Assembly (NCBI GenBank): GCA_963719165.1
Contig: CAVRAV010000001.1
Span: forward strand, 2,065,954-2,129,953
DNA from: an uncultured Actinomycetes bacterium
GTDB lineage: Bacteria > Actinomycetota > UBA4738 > HRBIN12
DNA length: 64,000 nt
Reading direction: 5' to 3'
The position numbers and the translations under genes are program-made. Of this stretch, positions 17,905 through 27,531 are shown in pieces. The notes beneath the pieces are model-generated. The model was not told where the DNA came from and ran no database searches. It saw only the letters and a program-made list of their open reading frames with translations. Position 1 is the first letter of the stretch. Every line of letters begins with the position of its first letter.

Positions 17905-18549
17905 ATGACGGCCGAACGGGACCAGGGCGCGGGAGGCGAGCAACCGAGACGTCGGCGACGTCGGCGACGTCGCCGCAAACCTTCGGCGCGAACGGACGCC
18001 GGCGCGAACGACAGGTCGGAGGCCCCTGCGGCAACGCCCGCGCAGCCGAACCCTCCGGCGGCGAACCGGCACGCGAACCCCACGCCGGCGAAAGGGCACC
18101 GGCGCACGCCGATGCCGGGCAGGGGGCCGGTGCAGCGGGAGATCTCGGCCGGCGGGGTCGTGTACCGACGGGGCGAGGACGGCCTCGAGGTGGTCCTCGC
18201 CTCGCGGCGCACGCGTCGGGGTGATCTTGCCTGGGGACTGGCCAAAGGGGGCATCGAGGAAGGCGAGGAAGCCGAGGAGGCCGCGATCCGCGAGGTGCGG
18301 GAAGAAACCGGTCTGGTGGCCGAGATCGAGGCCGACCTCGGCGACACGAAGTATTTCTACGTCTGGGACGACGTGCGGATACGAAAGACCGTGCATTTCT
18401 TCCTGATGCGCTCCACGGGTGGAGACACCGGGGTCCGCGACGACGAGATGGAAGACGTGCGATGGTTCCCGATGGAGCGGGCGATCAAACGCGCAGCGTA
18501 TCGGGGCGAGCGCGACATGCTGCAGCGCGCGGCCGACCTCCTGCGATGA
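17905..18549 (+). CDS. NUDIX hydrolase (MutT4/Rv3908-like) with Arg-rich N-terminal extension
   Basis: NUDIX box GGIEEGEEAEEAAIREVREETG. The N-terminus carries ten consecutive Arg (17947-17976). An alternative later start (MPGRGPV) is possible. Confidence 0.8.
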   Translation: MTAERDQGAGGEQPRRRRRRRRRRKPSARTDAGANDRSEAPAATPAQPNPPAANRHANPTPAKGHRRTPMPGRGPVQREISAGGVVYRRGEDGLEVVLASRRTRRGDLAWGLAKGGIEEGEEAEEAAIREVREETGLVAEIEADLGDTKYFYVWDDVRIRKTVHFFLMRSTGGDTGVRDDEMEDVRWFPMERAIKRAAYRGERDMLQRAADLLR

Positions 18550-19319
18550 CGCTGTTCCAGGGGGCGCTCGGGGTCCTGATCGGGTTCGCCTCGGGCATGC
18601 TCTCGGGGCTCTTCGGCGTGGGGGGCGGGATCGTGATGACCCCGGGCATCCAGGTCCTGCTCGGGACCTCCCCCATCGTCGCCCTCGCCACCCCCCTGCC
18701 CGTGATCTTCCCCACGGCCATCACCGGGGCTTACACGTACGGTCGCGCCGGGGAACTCGACACCCGAGCTGCGGCGTGGATCGTCGGTCCGGGTGTCGTA
18801 GCCGCCGTTGTCGGCTCCTGGCTCACCGATGTCGTCGACCCGCACCTGCTGCTGCTCGTCACGGCCGTGCTGTTGGCGATCCAGGCCGCGAACATCCTGC
18901 GAGGAGCTCGAGCGACCGCCCCCGCGGGGTCGCCGCGCACCGGGTCGCCGCTCGTGTTCGCCGGCATCGGAGCCGCCGCGGGGTTCATCAGCGGGCTCCT
19001 GGGCATCGGCGGCGGACTCATCATCGTGCCGCTCCTGGCCGGGCTGCTCGGGATGCCCTTGAAACGTGCGCTCGGGACCTCGCTCCTCGCGATCGTGGCC
19101 CTCGTGATCCCGGGAACCGTCGTGCATACGGCGCTCAGCCACATCGACTGGGCGGTATTTGCGGTCGTCGCGCTCGGCGCGGTCCCCGGCGTCCGGCTCG
19201 GGGCCATGCTGGCGCTCGGGGCACGCGAACGCACCCTCCGCGTGCTCGTCGGGGCGTTCCTGCTGGTGGTGGCCGTTGTCTATGGCCTGAGCGAGTTCGC
19301 CAATCTCGTCCGGGCCTGA
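18546..19319 (+). CDS. TauE/SafE family sulfite/anion exporter
   Basis: From ATG 18546, overlapping the NUDIX stop by ATGA. The duplicated motif GxxSGLFGVGGGIVMTP / GFISGLLGIGGGLIIVP is present, with about 8 TM segments. Confidence 0.85.
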   Translation: MTLFQGALGVLIGFASGMLSGLFGVGGGIVMTPGIQVLLGTSPIVALATPLPVIFPTAITGAYTYGRAGELDTRAAAWIVGPGVVAAVVGSWLTDVVDPHLLLLVTAVLLAIQAANILRGARATAPAGSPRTGSPLVFAGIGAAAGFISGLLGIGGGLIIVPLLAGLLGMPLKRALGTSLLAIVALVIPGTVVHTALSHIDWAVFAVVALGAVPGVRLGAMLALGARERTLRVLVGAFLLVVAVVYGLSEFANLVRA

Positions 19320-19348
19320 GCAGCCGCCGCTACCATGGGGCGCCGGTC

Positions 19349-21430
19349 ATGAGCATCCACCGTGCGGCGCGCGCCGCCTCCTCGTTCCTCCTGGCGGCCT
19401 GCGCCTGTGTGTGCACGGTGTTCCCGGCCTCTGCCCAGGATCAGGGCGGCGTGACGTTGACCCTCAAGGCGCAGACGCCATTCACCTCGCTCAAGGACCC
19501 GCAACTTCGCATGATCGTGGCGGCAACCAACGGATCCGAGACGGCGTACAGCGACCTCTCTGTCGTGGTCACGATCGGCCAGGCGATCCGGTCGCGGACC
19601 CAATACGAAGCCTCCCTGCGCGAAGGGCCGGGGCTGTCTCCGGTCGCCGCCCGATCCTTCCCACAGACGGGCGCCCTCGCACCGGGGCAGACCCGCACGT
19701 TCGACGTCCGTCTCAACGTGACGGACGCCGGACTCGACCCCGCCGACTCGTTGGTCTATCCGTCCCAGGTGGATCTGCGGAGCAGCGGTGCGCCTCTCGT
19801 TTCCCTGAACACCCCCGTCGTGCACATCGTGCGCCGGCCGGAGCAGCCCATGCGGTTGGCCTGGTGGGCTGAGGTCACCTCGCCGCCAGCCCTCGACCCC
19901 GCCGGGACGCTCGTGGACCCGGCCTTCGAGGCCTCGATCGCCCCCGGTGGTTCACTCGGATCCGAGGTCGAAGCGCTGCGGCAGATGGCCACCGATCCGT
20001 CGCGCGGCGACCCCATCGATCTCGTCATCGAGCCCGCCGTCGTGGATCAGCTCGCGCGGATGGCCACCGGGTACGACCGTGCGGACGGCAGCACGGTCGA
20101 GGCCGGCAAGGACGGGGCGGCGAACGCCGCGGCGCTGCTCCAGTCGCTGCGGGTGGTTGCCCGGTCCCCGAGCGTCCAGGTCTCTGCGCTGCCGTTCGCG
20201 GCGCCCCAGATCCCCTCCCTGCTCGCCGGCGGGCTCCCGGGCGACCTCGAGCGGCAGCGGACCGCGGGGCGGGCCATCATGGAGACGACGCTCGGCGTCA
20301 CCGGCACGGACGCGGTGGCGCGACCCCCGCAGGGCGCACTCGACGCCGCCGCGGTCGAGGACCTGGTTGGTGGCGGGTCATCCACGATCCTCGCCGACGC
20401 GGGCACCGTCGAGCGACCCCCGCAGCCCAACGAGTTCGCGCCGTTGCCCACCGCCTCGCTCTCGACACCCTCGGGGGAGCCCGCACGGCTGGTGTTGCCG
20501 GACCCGGGCACGCAAGCCCTCCTCGAGGACCCCACACTGCAGAGCGACCCCGTCCGGGCGGCCCAGGTCGTGGTCGGAGAGCTCGCCACGATCTGGCGGG
20601 AGTCCCCCGTTCCCGCCCCACAGCCCGACGGAACACCGACCGTCCGTGGCATCGCCCTCACGTTGCCGGCGGGACTCCCTGCGCCCCTGTGGGGTCAGAT
20701 CACGCGCAGGATCGCCGACGCACCGTTCCTGCGAACGGCGTTCGCCCAGGACTTCGTGGAGCAGGTGAACCCGCCGGGGCCTCCGGCTGAGATCCTCGCC
20801 CCGTCGACGGCGGCGTTCTCCAAGATCTACGCCGAGGGGATCCGCGAGGAGCGCCGTTCCGTCGACGCGTACCGCTCGATGCTCGTCACGCAGAGCCCGA
20901 CCCCGACGCAGCTCGACACCGATCTGCTGTACGCGGAGTGGGGCGGATACCTCGGCACCGTGGGCGAGCAGGCGGGGCGCGTGTGGATCGACCACGTGCA
21001 TACGGTGACCGAGGACGTGTTCGCGCGGGCGCGACCCCAGACGGCGCAGATGTTCACCTTCACGGCTGCCTCGGGCACCATCCCGTTGCGCATGGGCGAC
21101 CCGGGAGCGACACCGCTCAAGATCGTCGTGCAACTCCGGTCCGCGTGGTTTCGATTCCCCGACGGGCCGACGCAGGTCGTCACGCTCACGCAGCCGAACC
21201 AGGTGGTGAGCTTCCGGGTCACCGCGACGGCCGGCGGTCAGGCGCATCCGATCCAGATGCTGGTTCGGGCGCCCTCCGGCCGGCCCCTCGCCGAGCCGCA
21301 AACGCTGTTCGTGCGCACGGCGGCGGTGAGCCGCGTGGCGCTCCTCATCACGGTGCTCGCGGCGGTGGGCCTGGGCGTGCTGTGGACCAGACGGCTCATG
21401 CGCGTACGGAGATCCAAGCGTGCCGCCTGA
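19349..21430 (+). CDS. Large secreted protein with C-terminal TM anchor, Rv3909-like (DUF6049-type)
   Basis: From ATG 19349. It has a signal peptide (SSFLLAACACVCTVFPASAQ), is 693 aa, and ends in the TM anchor VALLITVLAAVGLGVLW plus a basic tail. It sits directly upstream of and overlaps murJ, as Rv3909 does in mycobacteria. Confidence 0.7.
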   Translation: MSIHRAARAASSFLLAACACVCTVFPASAQDQGGVTLTLKAQTPFTSLKDPQLRMIVAATNGSETAYSDLSVVVTIGQAIRSRTQYEASLREGPGLSPVAARSFPQTGALAPGQTRTFDVRLNVTDAGLDPADSLVYPSQVDLRSSGAPLVSLNTPVVHIVRRPEQPMRLAWWAEVTSPPALDPAGTLVDPAFEASIAPGGSLGSEVEALRQMATDPSRGDPIDLVIEPAVVDQLARMATGYDRADGSTVEAGKDGAANAAALLQSLRVVARSPSVQVSALPFAAPQIPSLLAGGLPGDLERQRTAGRAIMETTLGVTGTDAVARPPQGALDAAAVEDLVGGGSSTILADAGTVERPPQPNEFAPLPTASLSTPSGEPARLVLPDPGTQALLEDPTLQSDPVRAAQVVVGELATIWRESPVPAPQPDGTPTVRGIALTLPAGLPAPLWGQITRRIADAPFLRTAFAQDFVEQVNPPGPPAEILAPSTAAFSKIYAEGIREERRSVDAYRSMLVTQSPTPTQLDTDLLYAEWGGYLGTVGEQAGRVWIDHVHTVTEDVFARARPQTAQMFTFTAASGTIPLRMGDPGATPLKIVVQLRSAWFRFPDGPTQVVTLTQPNQVVSFRVTATAGGQAHPIQMLVRAPSGRPLAEPQTLFVRTAAVSRVALLITVLAAVGLGVLWTRRLMRVRRSKRAA

Positions 21431-23075
21431 TCCCATCCTGCCGCCGGAGGACTCCACGGCCACGTACGCGCGCAACGCCGCCCTGATGACCGTGGGCACC
21501 ACCCTGTCGCGGTTCACGGGGTTCCTGCGGATCGCGGCGCAGACCGCGGCGCTCGGCGTGACCGTGAGCGCCCTCGCCGATACCTACAACAAGGCGAACA
21601 CCACGCCGAACATCATCTACGAGCTCGCGCTGGGCGGGATCCTCACATCGGTATTCGTGCCGCTGTTCGTGGAGTGGATGCAGACCCACGGCCAAGATGA
21701 GTCGTGGGCGGTGGCCGACCGTCTGCTCACCCTGGCGCTCGTCGGGCTTTCGCTCGTCGCCCTCATCGGCGCCCTCTTCGCGCCGTGGATCATCCGGGCG
21801 TATAACGTGTCCTCCGACGCAACGGGCGCCGCGCGCGCTCAGCAACTCGCCCTGGGGACGTTCTTCCTGCGCTGGTTCATGCCGCAGATCGTGTTCTACG
21901 GCATCGGGGCGATCGCGGGAGGGCTCCTGAACGCGCACCGGCGGTTCGCACCGCCGATGTTCACTCCGGTCCTCAACAACGTGATCCTCATCGCCACGTT
22001 CGCGATCTATGCCTGGATGCTGCACGGCAAAGACCCGAGCGTCGCCGGCATCGGCGCGCCCGAGCGATACGTGCTGGCGGTGGGGACCACGCTCGGGGTC
22101 GTGGCCATGACCGTCGCCCTGTGGCCCTCCCTGCGACGGCTCGGGTATCGCTGGCACCTCCGCACGGACTGGAACCATCCCGCCCTACGGCGGCTCGCGA
22201 GGCTCTCGGGGTGGGTGGTCGTCTACGTTCTCGCGAACCAGGCCGCGTACTTCATCATCATCGCGTTGAACGCCCGGGTCCAGGGTGGCTTCACGGCCTA
22301 CGCCGCAGCGTTCATCGTCGTCTCGCTCCCGCACGCCATCTTCGTCGTTTCCATCTTCACTGCGTTGATCCCCGGCATGGCCGGCCAATGGAACCTCGGA
22401 CGCCCCGAGGGCGTGCGCGAGCTCTTCTCGCGCGGGGTGCGGGACACCGTGGTCATCATCCTGCCGGCCGCGCTCGGGTTGATCGCGCTGGCGCTGCCGA
22501 TCTCCCGCTTGATCTTCCAGCACTTCAACTCGGGGGGCGCCGACGCCGAGCTGATCGCGCGCGTACTCTCGGCGTTCGCCGTTGGGCTCCCGGTCTTCTC
22601 CACCTTCCAGTTGCTGACGCGCACGTTCTATGCCATGCAGGACACGAGGACGCCCGCCCTCGTCAACGTCGCAGCGGCGGTCGTGAACATCGGGGCGGAC
22701 CTGCTGTTCATGCTCGTCCTCGGCTGGGGGGTGCCGGGTCTCGCGTTGGGATGGGCCGTTTCCTACGGCTTCGGGACACTCGTGATGCTGATCGTCGCGC
22801 GCGGACGACTCCACGGTCTCGACGGCCGCCGTGTGGGAGCCACGCTCGCGCGAACGTTCCCCGCCGCGCTCCTTGCCGCGCTCGCGGCCCGTGGCGCGGC
22901 TGAGTTGTTCGGCTCGGGATCGCACGGGTCCATCACCGACCTCGGCGTCGTGATCGCCGGCGTCGTCGCGGGTGTGCTTGCCTTCGGGATCTTGGCGCTT
23001 ATCTTCAAGATCGAAGAGGTCGATGACGTCAAGGACGCATTGCTGCGGAGGTTCCGCACCCGACGGCGAGGATGA
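21420..23075 (+). CDS. murJ: Lipid II flippase MurJ/MviN (no pseudokinase extension)
   Basis: GTG start. The N-terminal segment is NAALMTVGTTLSRFTGFLRIAA. The product is 551 aa with about 14 TM segments. Confidence 0.9.
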   Translation: MPPDPILPPEDSTATYARNAALMTVGTTLSRFTGFLRIAAQTAALGVTVSALADTYNKANTTPNIIYELALGGILTSVFVPLFVEWMQTHGQDESWAVADRLLTLALVGLSLVALIGALFAPWIIRAYNVSSDATGAARAQQLALGTFFLRWFMPQIVFYGIGAIAGGLLNAHRRFAPPMFTPVLNNVILIATFAIYAWMLHGKDPSVAGIGAPERYVLAVGTTLGVVAMTVALWPSLRRLGYRWHLRTDWNHPALRRLARLSGWVVVYVLANQAAYFIIIALNARVQGGFTAYAAAFIVVSLPHAIFVVSIFTALIPGMAGQWNLGRPEGVRELFSRGVRDTVVIILPAALGLIALALPISRLIFQHFNSGGADAELIARVLSAFAVGLPVFSTFQLLTRTFYAMQDTRTPALVNVAAAVVNIGADLLFMLVLGWGVPGLALGWAVSYGFGTLVMLIVARGRLHGLDGRRVGATLARTFPAALLAALAARGAAELFGSGSHGSITDLGVVIAGVVAGVLAFGILALIFKIEEVDDVKDALLRRFRTRRRG

Positions 23076-23479
23076 CCATGGACCGGCTCCACGACGAACG
23101 CGGCATGGTGGGCAAGCTCGCCGTGATCTGGATCTTGATGGCCGCCCTGCTGCTGGTGGGCGTGGTGGACGGGGTTTCGATCGCGCTCGTGCGGTTCCAC
23201 CTGGCGGGCGTCGCCACGACGGCGGCCAGCGACGGCGCCGCCGACTACCGGGTCAGCCACGATGTGGCGAGCGCCTGCGCCGTCGCCGCGAACTCGGCCA
23301 AGACCCAAGATCCGACGTTGAAGCTGGGTAAGAGCTTCTGCCTGATCGATCCCACCACCAGCGACGTCACGATCACGCTGCACAAGGAGGCCAACACGAT
23401 CCTCGCCGGTCGCTTCGGCCCCACCAGGAAGTACGCGATCGTGACCGACCGGGAGACCGACCGACCGCCCTCCGTGTAG
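23072..23479 (+). CDS. TadE/TadG-like (Flp pilus assembly N-terminal motif) small membrane protein
   Basis: The ATG overlaps the murJ stop (ATGA). ERGMVGKLAVIWILMAALLLVGVVDGVSIALVRFHLAGVATTAASDGA resembles the TadE/G-like N-terminal domain. Confidence 0.55.
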   Translation: MTMDRLHDERGMVGKLAVIWILMAALLLVGVVDGVSIALVRFHLAGVATTAASDGAADYRVSHDVASACAVAANSAKTQDPTLKLGKSFCLIDPTTSDVTITLHKEANTILAGRFGPTRKYAIVTDRETDRPPSV

Positions 23480-23489
23480 CGTCTGCCGG

Positions 23490-24089
23490 GTGACCCCCGA
23501 ACCCGACGGCTCGCTCGTGCGCCGATCCCAGGAGGGCGACACCGCGGCGTTCGGCGAACTGATCCGGCGGCATCAAACGCGCGTCTACAACCTGTGCCTG
23601 CGCATGCTGGGGAACCCGGAGGATGCACGAGACGCCACCCAGGACGCTTTCGTCGCCGCGATGCGGAAGCTGTCCGGGTTCCGGGGCGACGCCGCGTTCA
23701 GCACGTGGCTGCACCGCGTGGCCGTGAACGCCTGCTACGACGAGCTCCGCAGGAAACGGCGCCGGCCCATGCTGCACGTCGTTTCCGACGATGAGGACGG
23801 ACGCCCGCCGGAGCCCGGACCCGCCGCCGAGGATCACGCGGACGCGATCGCCGGGTCCATGGATGCGGCCGCGGCCCTGATGATGATCCCCGAGGAGTTC
23901 CGCCTCACCCTCGTGCTCGCCGACGTCCAGGACCTGCCCTACGAGGAGATCGCGCACATCCTCGACGTGCCCGTCGGGACCGTGAAATCACGCGTCCATC
24001 GAGGGCGACTGGCGCTCGCCCGGGTCATCGCGCCCGAACGCTCGGGGGAACCCCAGCGGCCCTCCCCGCCGTCGGAGGACTCGCCATGA
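23490..24089 (+). CDS. ECF RNA polymerase sigma factor (SigM-like position)
   Basis: Region 2 ([34 protein letters not shown]) and region 4 ([33 protein letters not shown]). Confidence 0.9.
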   Translation: MTPEPDGSLVRRSQEGDTAAFGELIRRHQTRVYNLCLRMLGNPEDARDATQDAFVAAMRKLSGFRGDAAFSTWLHRVAVNACYDELRRKRRRPMLHVVSDDEDGRPPEPGPAAEDHADAIAGSMDAAAALMMIPEEFRLTLVLADVQDLPYEEIAHILDVPVGTVKSRVHRGRLALARVIAPERSGEPQRPSPPSEDSP

Positions 24090-24853
24090 CCCATCCCGCC
24101 GACGACCTCCTGACCGGGTACATCGACGGCACGCTCGCAGAGCCCGTGCGTGCTGCCGTGGACGCCCACATGGCCGCGTGTGCGCGCTGCACGAGGGACG
24201 TGGCTCGAGCCGCCGCCGCGCGCTCCGCGCTGCGGGCGATCCCCGAGGTGCCGGTGCTCGAGGACGTCACCATCCCGAGCGTCGCCAAGGCGAGCGGCCG
24301 TCCGGGCGCGCCGGGGTGGCAGCGCTGGGCGGGGGCGGCGGCGGCCGTCGCGGCGGCAGCGCTCGTGGCCGCCTTGGTGCTCCCCAAGCTGAGCGGCTCG
24401 AGCGACGGCACCAACGCGGGGGCGGCCGCGAGTACCCCGTCGACCCGGGTGGGCATTCAGCCCGATGCCTCGCAGGTGCCTCTGGAGATCCGCACCGCCG
24501 ACTACGGCCCCGACGCCCTCACGGCGCTCGCCGGGCAGACGGCCGCTCGCCTTACGTCGCGGCCGCAAGGAGCGAACGCTCCGGAGGCCTCCGGCTCGGG
24601 CGCGGGCGCGGTCGCCCCCAGGGTCGGAACGGCCGAGGCAGCCGCCTCGGCCACGGCCTGCATCGAGACGGCGTTCCGCGAGGTGCCCGGCTCACTCGTC
24701 CGACTTATCCGCGCGAGCTTCCAGGGTGCGCCCGCCTACGTGGGCTTCTACGTCGAGACCCCGGGCGCGGGCCAAGCCACCGACATGCTGACGGTGCGCG
24801 TGGCGTCGGTGCACGGTTGCGCCCCGCTGTCGTTCGCCGGCGTGCCTCTTTAG
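24086..24853 (+). CDS. Anti-sigma factor (zf-HC2, single TM)
   Basis: ATGA overlap with the sigma gene. HMAACARC provides the HxxxCxxC motif. The TM segment is [20 protein letters not shown]. Confidence 0.8.
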   Translation: MTHPADDLLTGYIDGTLAEPVRAAVDAHMAACARCTRDVARAAAARSALRAIPEVPVLEDVTIPSVAKASGRPGAPGWQRWAGAAAAVAAAALVAALVLPKLSGSSDGTNAGAAASTPSTRVGIQPDASQVPLEIRTADYGPDALTALAGQTAARLTSRPQGANAPEASGSGAGAVAPRVGTAEAAASATACIETAFREVPGSLVRLIRASFQGAPAYVGFYVETPGAGQATDMLTVRVASVHGCAPLSFAGVPL

Positions 24854-24939
24854 CGGCGGGCTCGGTTCTGGCCGCGCCGCGGCGGGATGACCTCGGGGCG
24901 GAATACGAGGTCGTTAGCGCTTGTGGGAGGATTTCGGCG

Positions 24940-25878
24940 ATGGGCGAAGACGTGCGCAGCGTGATCATCATCGGATCGGGGCCGGCCGGGTACACGGCCG
25001 CCCTCTACGCGGCGCGCGCGAACCTCGCACCGCTCGTCCTCAAAGGGCTCGAGGCCGGCGGACAGCTCATGCTCACCACCGATGTCGAGAACTACCCGGG
25101 GTTCGCCGACGGCATCCTCGGGCCGGAGTTGATGGAGCAGATGCAGAAGCAGGCCGTTCGGTTCGGAGCGGAGATCCTGAGCGTGCACGTCACGGACGTC
25201 GACCTGTCCCGACGACCGTTCGAGGTCCGAGCGGGCGACCAGAGCTGGCGCGCCAGGACCCTGATCGTGGCGACCGGGGCCACCGCCAAGTGGCTCGGGG
25301 TCCCGGGTGAGGATCGCCTGCGAGGGCGTGGCGTGAGCGCGTGCGCTACGTGCGACGGATTCTTCTTCCGCGATCGCGAGCTCGTCGTCGTGGGGGGTGG
25401 CGACACCGCGATGGAAGAAGCCACCTTCCTCACGAAGTTCGCGAGCAAGGTGACCATCGTGCACCGTCGCGACGAGTTCCGCGCCTCTCCGATCATGGCC
25501 CGGCGGGCCCTGGACAACCCCAGGATCGAGGTGATCTGGGACTCCGTGGTTCGGGAGATCCTGGGCGAGGACTCGGTGGTCGGCGTCACCCTGCGCAACG
25601 TGAAGACCGGCGAGGAGCGGACGTTGCCTACCGACGGTGTGTTCATGGGGATCGGTCACACCCCCAACACCGGCATGTTCGAGGGCAAGCTCGAACTCGT
25701 CGACGGTTACATCCAGGTGCAGGAGCCGAGGACGTTCACGAGCGTCGAGGGGGTGTTCGCGGCCGGTGACGTCACCGACACGATCTACCGCCAGGCGGTG
25801 ACGGCTGCAGGGCAGGGTTGCAAGGCCGCCATCGACGCGGAACGACTCCTCGAAGACGAGGATCACCACGGCGTGTGA
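24940..25878 (+). CDS. trxB: Thioredoxin-disulfide reductase
   Basis: From ATG 24940. [18 protein letters not shown], the redox-active CATCDG, and [10 protein letters not shown]. Confidence 0.95.
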   Translation: MGEDVRSVIIIGSGPAGYTAALYAARANLAPLVLKGLEAGGQLMLTTDVENYPGFADGILGPELMEQMQKQAVRFGAEILSVHVTDVDLSRRPFEVRAGDQSWRARTLIVATGATAKWLGVPGEDRLRGRGVSACATCDGFFFRDRELVVVGGGDTAMEEATFLTKFASKVTIVHRRDEFRASPIMARRALDNPRIEVIWDSVVREILGEDSVVGVTLRNVKTGEERTLPTDGVFMGIGHTPNTGMFEGKLELVDGYIQVQEPRTFTSVEGVFAAGDVTDTIYRQAVTAAGQGCKAAIDAERLLEDEDHHGV

Positions 25879-25974
25879 GCGGGAATCCCGCGCACGTATC
25901 CCTGGTTGGACAGGGAGTCGTCCCGGCGCTGTGCCCGCGGGGACGAACCGACGAGCGAACGAGGAGCGATCCAG

Positions 25975-26298
25975 ATGACGAACATGGGTGAGGTAGACGA
26001 CCAGGCATTCCAAACCACCGTGCTCGACTCGGAAACCCCGGTGCTGGTGGATTTCTGGGCCGAATGGTGCGTCCCATGTCACATGGTCTCCCCCGTGGTG
26101 GAGGAGATCGGCCAGGAGAAGGGCGACGCGTTGAAGGTCGTCAAACTCAACATCGACGACAACCAGGTGACCACCCGCCAGTACGGCGTGATGTCGATCC
26201 CCTCGCTGATCCTGTTCAAGGGAGGCCAGGAGGTTTCGCGCGTGATCGGCGCGCGGCCCAAGGACACGATCTTGAAGGACATCGACCCGCACCTGTGA
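25975..26298 (+). CDS. trxA: Thioredoxin (active site WCVPC)
   Basis: From ATG 25975. VLVDFWAEWCVPCHMVSP...GVMSIPSLILFKGG. Confidence 0.9.
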   Translation: MTNMGEVDDQAFQTTVLDSETPVLVDFWAEWCVPCHMVSPVVEEIGQEKGDALKVVKLNIDDNQVTTRQYGVMSIPSLILFKGGQEVSRVIGARPKDTILKDIDPHL

Positions 26299-26353
26299 GG
26301 CCGCAGGCCCTCGTTCGGTTGCCGACCCGACGGGGGCGGGGCAGACTCGAGCC

Positions 26354-27372
26354 GTGCGCATCTATCGCCTCGGCGACGAGGGCCCCGAGATCCTCGACAT
26401 CCAGCGACGTCTCGCGGACCTGTCGATCCTCGTGGATCCGGCCGAGCCGGCTGGGCAGTTCGGAACGGCGACGTATGCTGCCGTGCAAGCCTTCCAGGCC
26501 GATCGGAGCCTGCGCGTCGACGGCCTCGTCGGGCCGGATACGTGGGGGCAACTCGTCGAGGCCGGCTACCGGCTCGGCGACCGCACGCTTTATCTGCACG
26601 CTCCGTTCTTCCGCGGGGACGACGTCCGCGGGCTCCAGCGGAAGCTGAACGCCCTCGGGTTCGACGCCGGCCGCGAGGACAGCATGTACGGCCCGAACAC
26701 CGATCGAGCCTTCCGCGAATTCCAGCGCAACGTGGGCGAGGAACCCGATGGCATCGTGGGGCTCCTCGCCATCGCCTCGCTCGAGCGGATGCGGCCGCAA
26801 GAGGGGGGCTCGGCCGGGCCCTCGTGCGTGAGCAGGAAGAGCTCCGGCACCGGCGGGTCTCGATCGAAGGAGCCGTGGTCGCGATCGATCCGAGCGGGGG
26901 CGAAGGGGATCGCGTGGGCTATGCCGTTGCGGAGGCCGTGCGCGACGCGCTCTCGGCGGCCGGCGGCGCGCCCACGCTCATGCGTGGACCGGGAGACGAC
27001 CCCACACCCTCCGACCGAGCCCGGGCGGCCAACATCTCGGGAGCGGCAGCGTGCGTCTCGATCCATCTCCGTGTGCAGGCGGCCGAGCCCGGGGGGCCGA
27101 CGTGCTCGTATTTCGGCAACGCGGCAACGCATTCGCCCGCCGGGATGCTGCTCGCGACGTCGATCCTCGAAGAGCTCGAACGGGAGTTCCGGTGCTCAGG
27201 GCGGCTGCAGCGGCTCACCGTCGCCATGCTGCGCGAGACGAGGATGCCTGCGGTGCAGGTCGAACCGACTTTCGGCGGAGGCGTCACTCCCGACACGGCC
27301 GCGGACCCGAGATTCCCGGAACGGGTGGGCGCCGCCGTGGCTCGCGGCGTGCAGCGCTTCCTCGACGCCTAG
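26354..27372 (+). pseudogene. cwlM: CwlM-like protein (two PG_binding_1 repeats plus amidase_3-like domain) interrupted by a -1 frameshift near 26803-26825
   Basis: The GTG 26354 frame encodes the PG-binding repeats up to LERMRPQEGG. The amidase_3-like domain (ALVREQEELRHRRVSIEGAVVAIDPSGGEGD...RMPAVQVEPTFG) continues in the frame of ORF 26542..27372. The original frame turns into Arg/Ser/Pro-rich nonsense. This could be an assembly indel. Confidence 0.75.
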
Positions 27373-27531
27373 CCTCCCCGAGCGGCCCGCGCCGCCAAGG
27401 CGAGCACGATCCCCAGCGCGGCGCCGAGGAGCGCGGCGTGCAGCGCCCGCTGGGCCTCGCTCGGCGGGAGACCGATGCCATCCGTCGCGGGCGGTGAGTC
27501 GGGCGTCATGACCCGGCTATGCTACGCGCCG

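Noticed and set aside
17946-17976. Tandem 9-mer repeat (CGTCGGCGA-like) as a non-coding microsatellite.
   Set aside because: It is in frame within the NUDIX ORF and encodes the poly-Arg tract. It is reported as a protein feature instead.
27369-27509. A 46-codon minus-strand ORF (MTPDSPPATDGIGLPPSEAQRALHAALLGAALGIVLALAARAARGG) between cwlM and the LLM gene.
   Set aside because: It has one plausible TM helix but no ribosome-binding site, overlaps candidate LLM starts, and is indistinguishable from chance in GC-rich DNA.
26354-27511. The 385-aa ORF as an intact protein.
   Set aside because: After about residue 152 the translation becomes Arg/Ser/Pro/Cys-rich nonsense, while the amidase_3-like domain is readable in the adjacent frame. 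It is treated as frameshifted cwlM.
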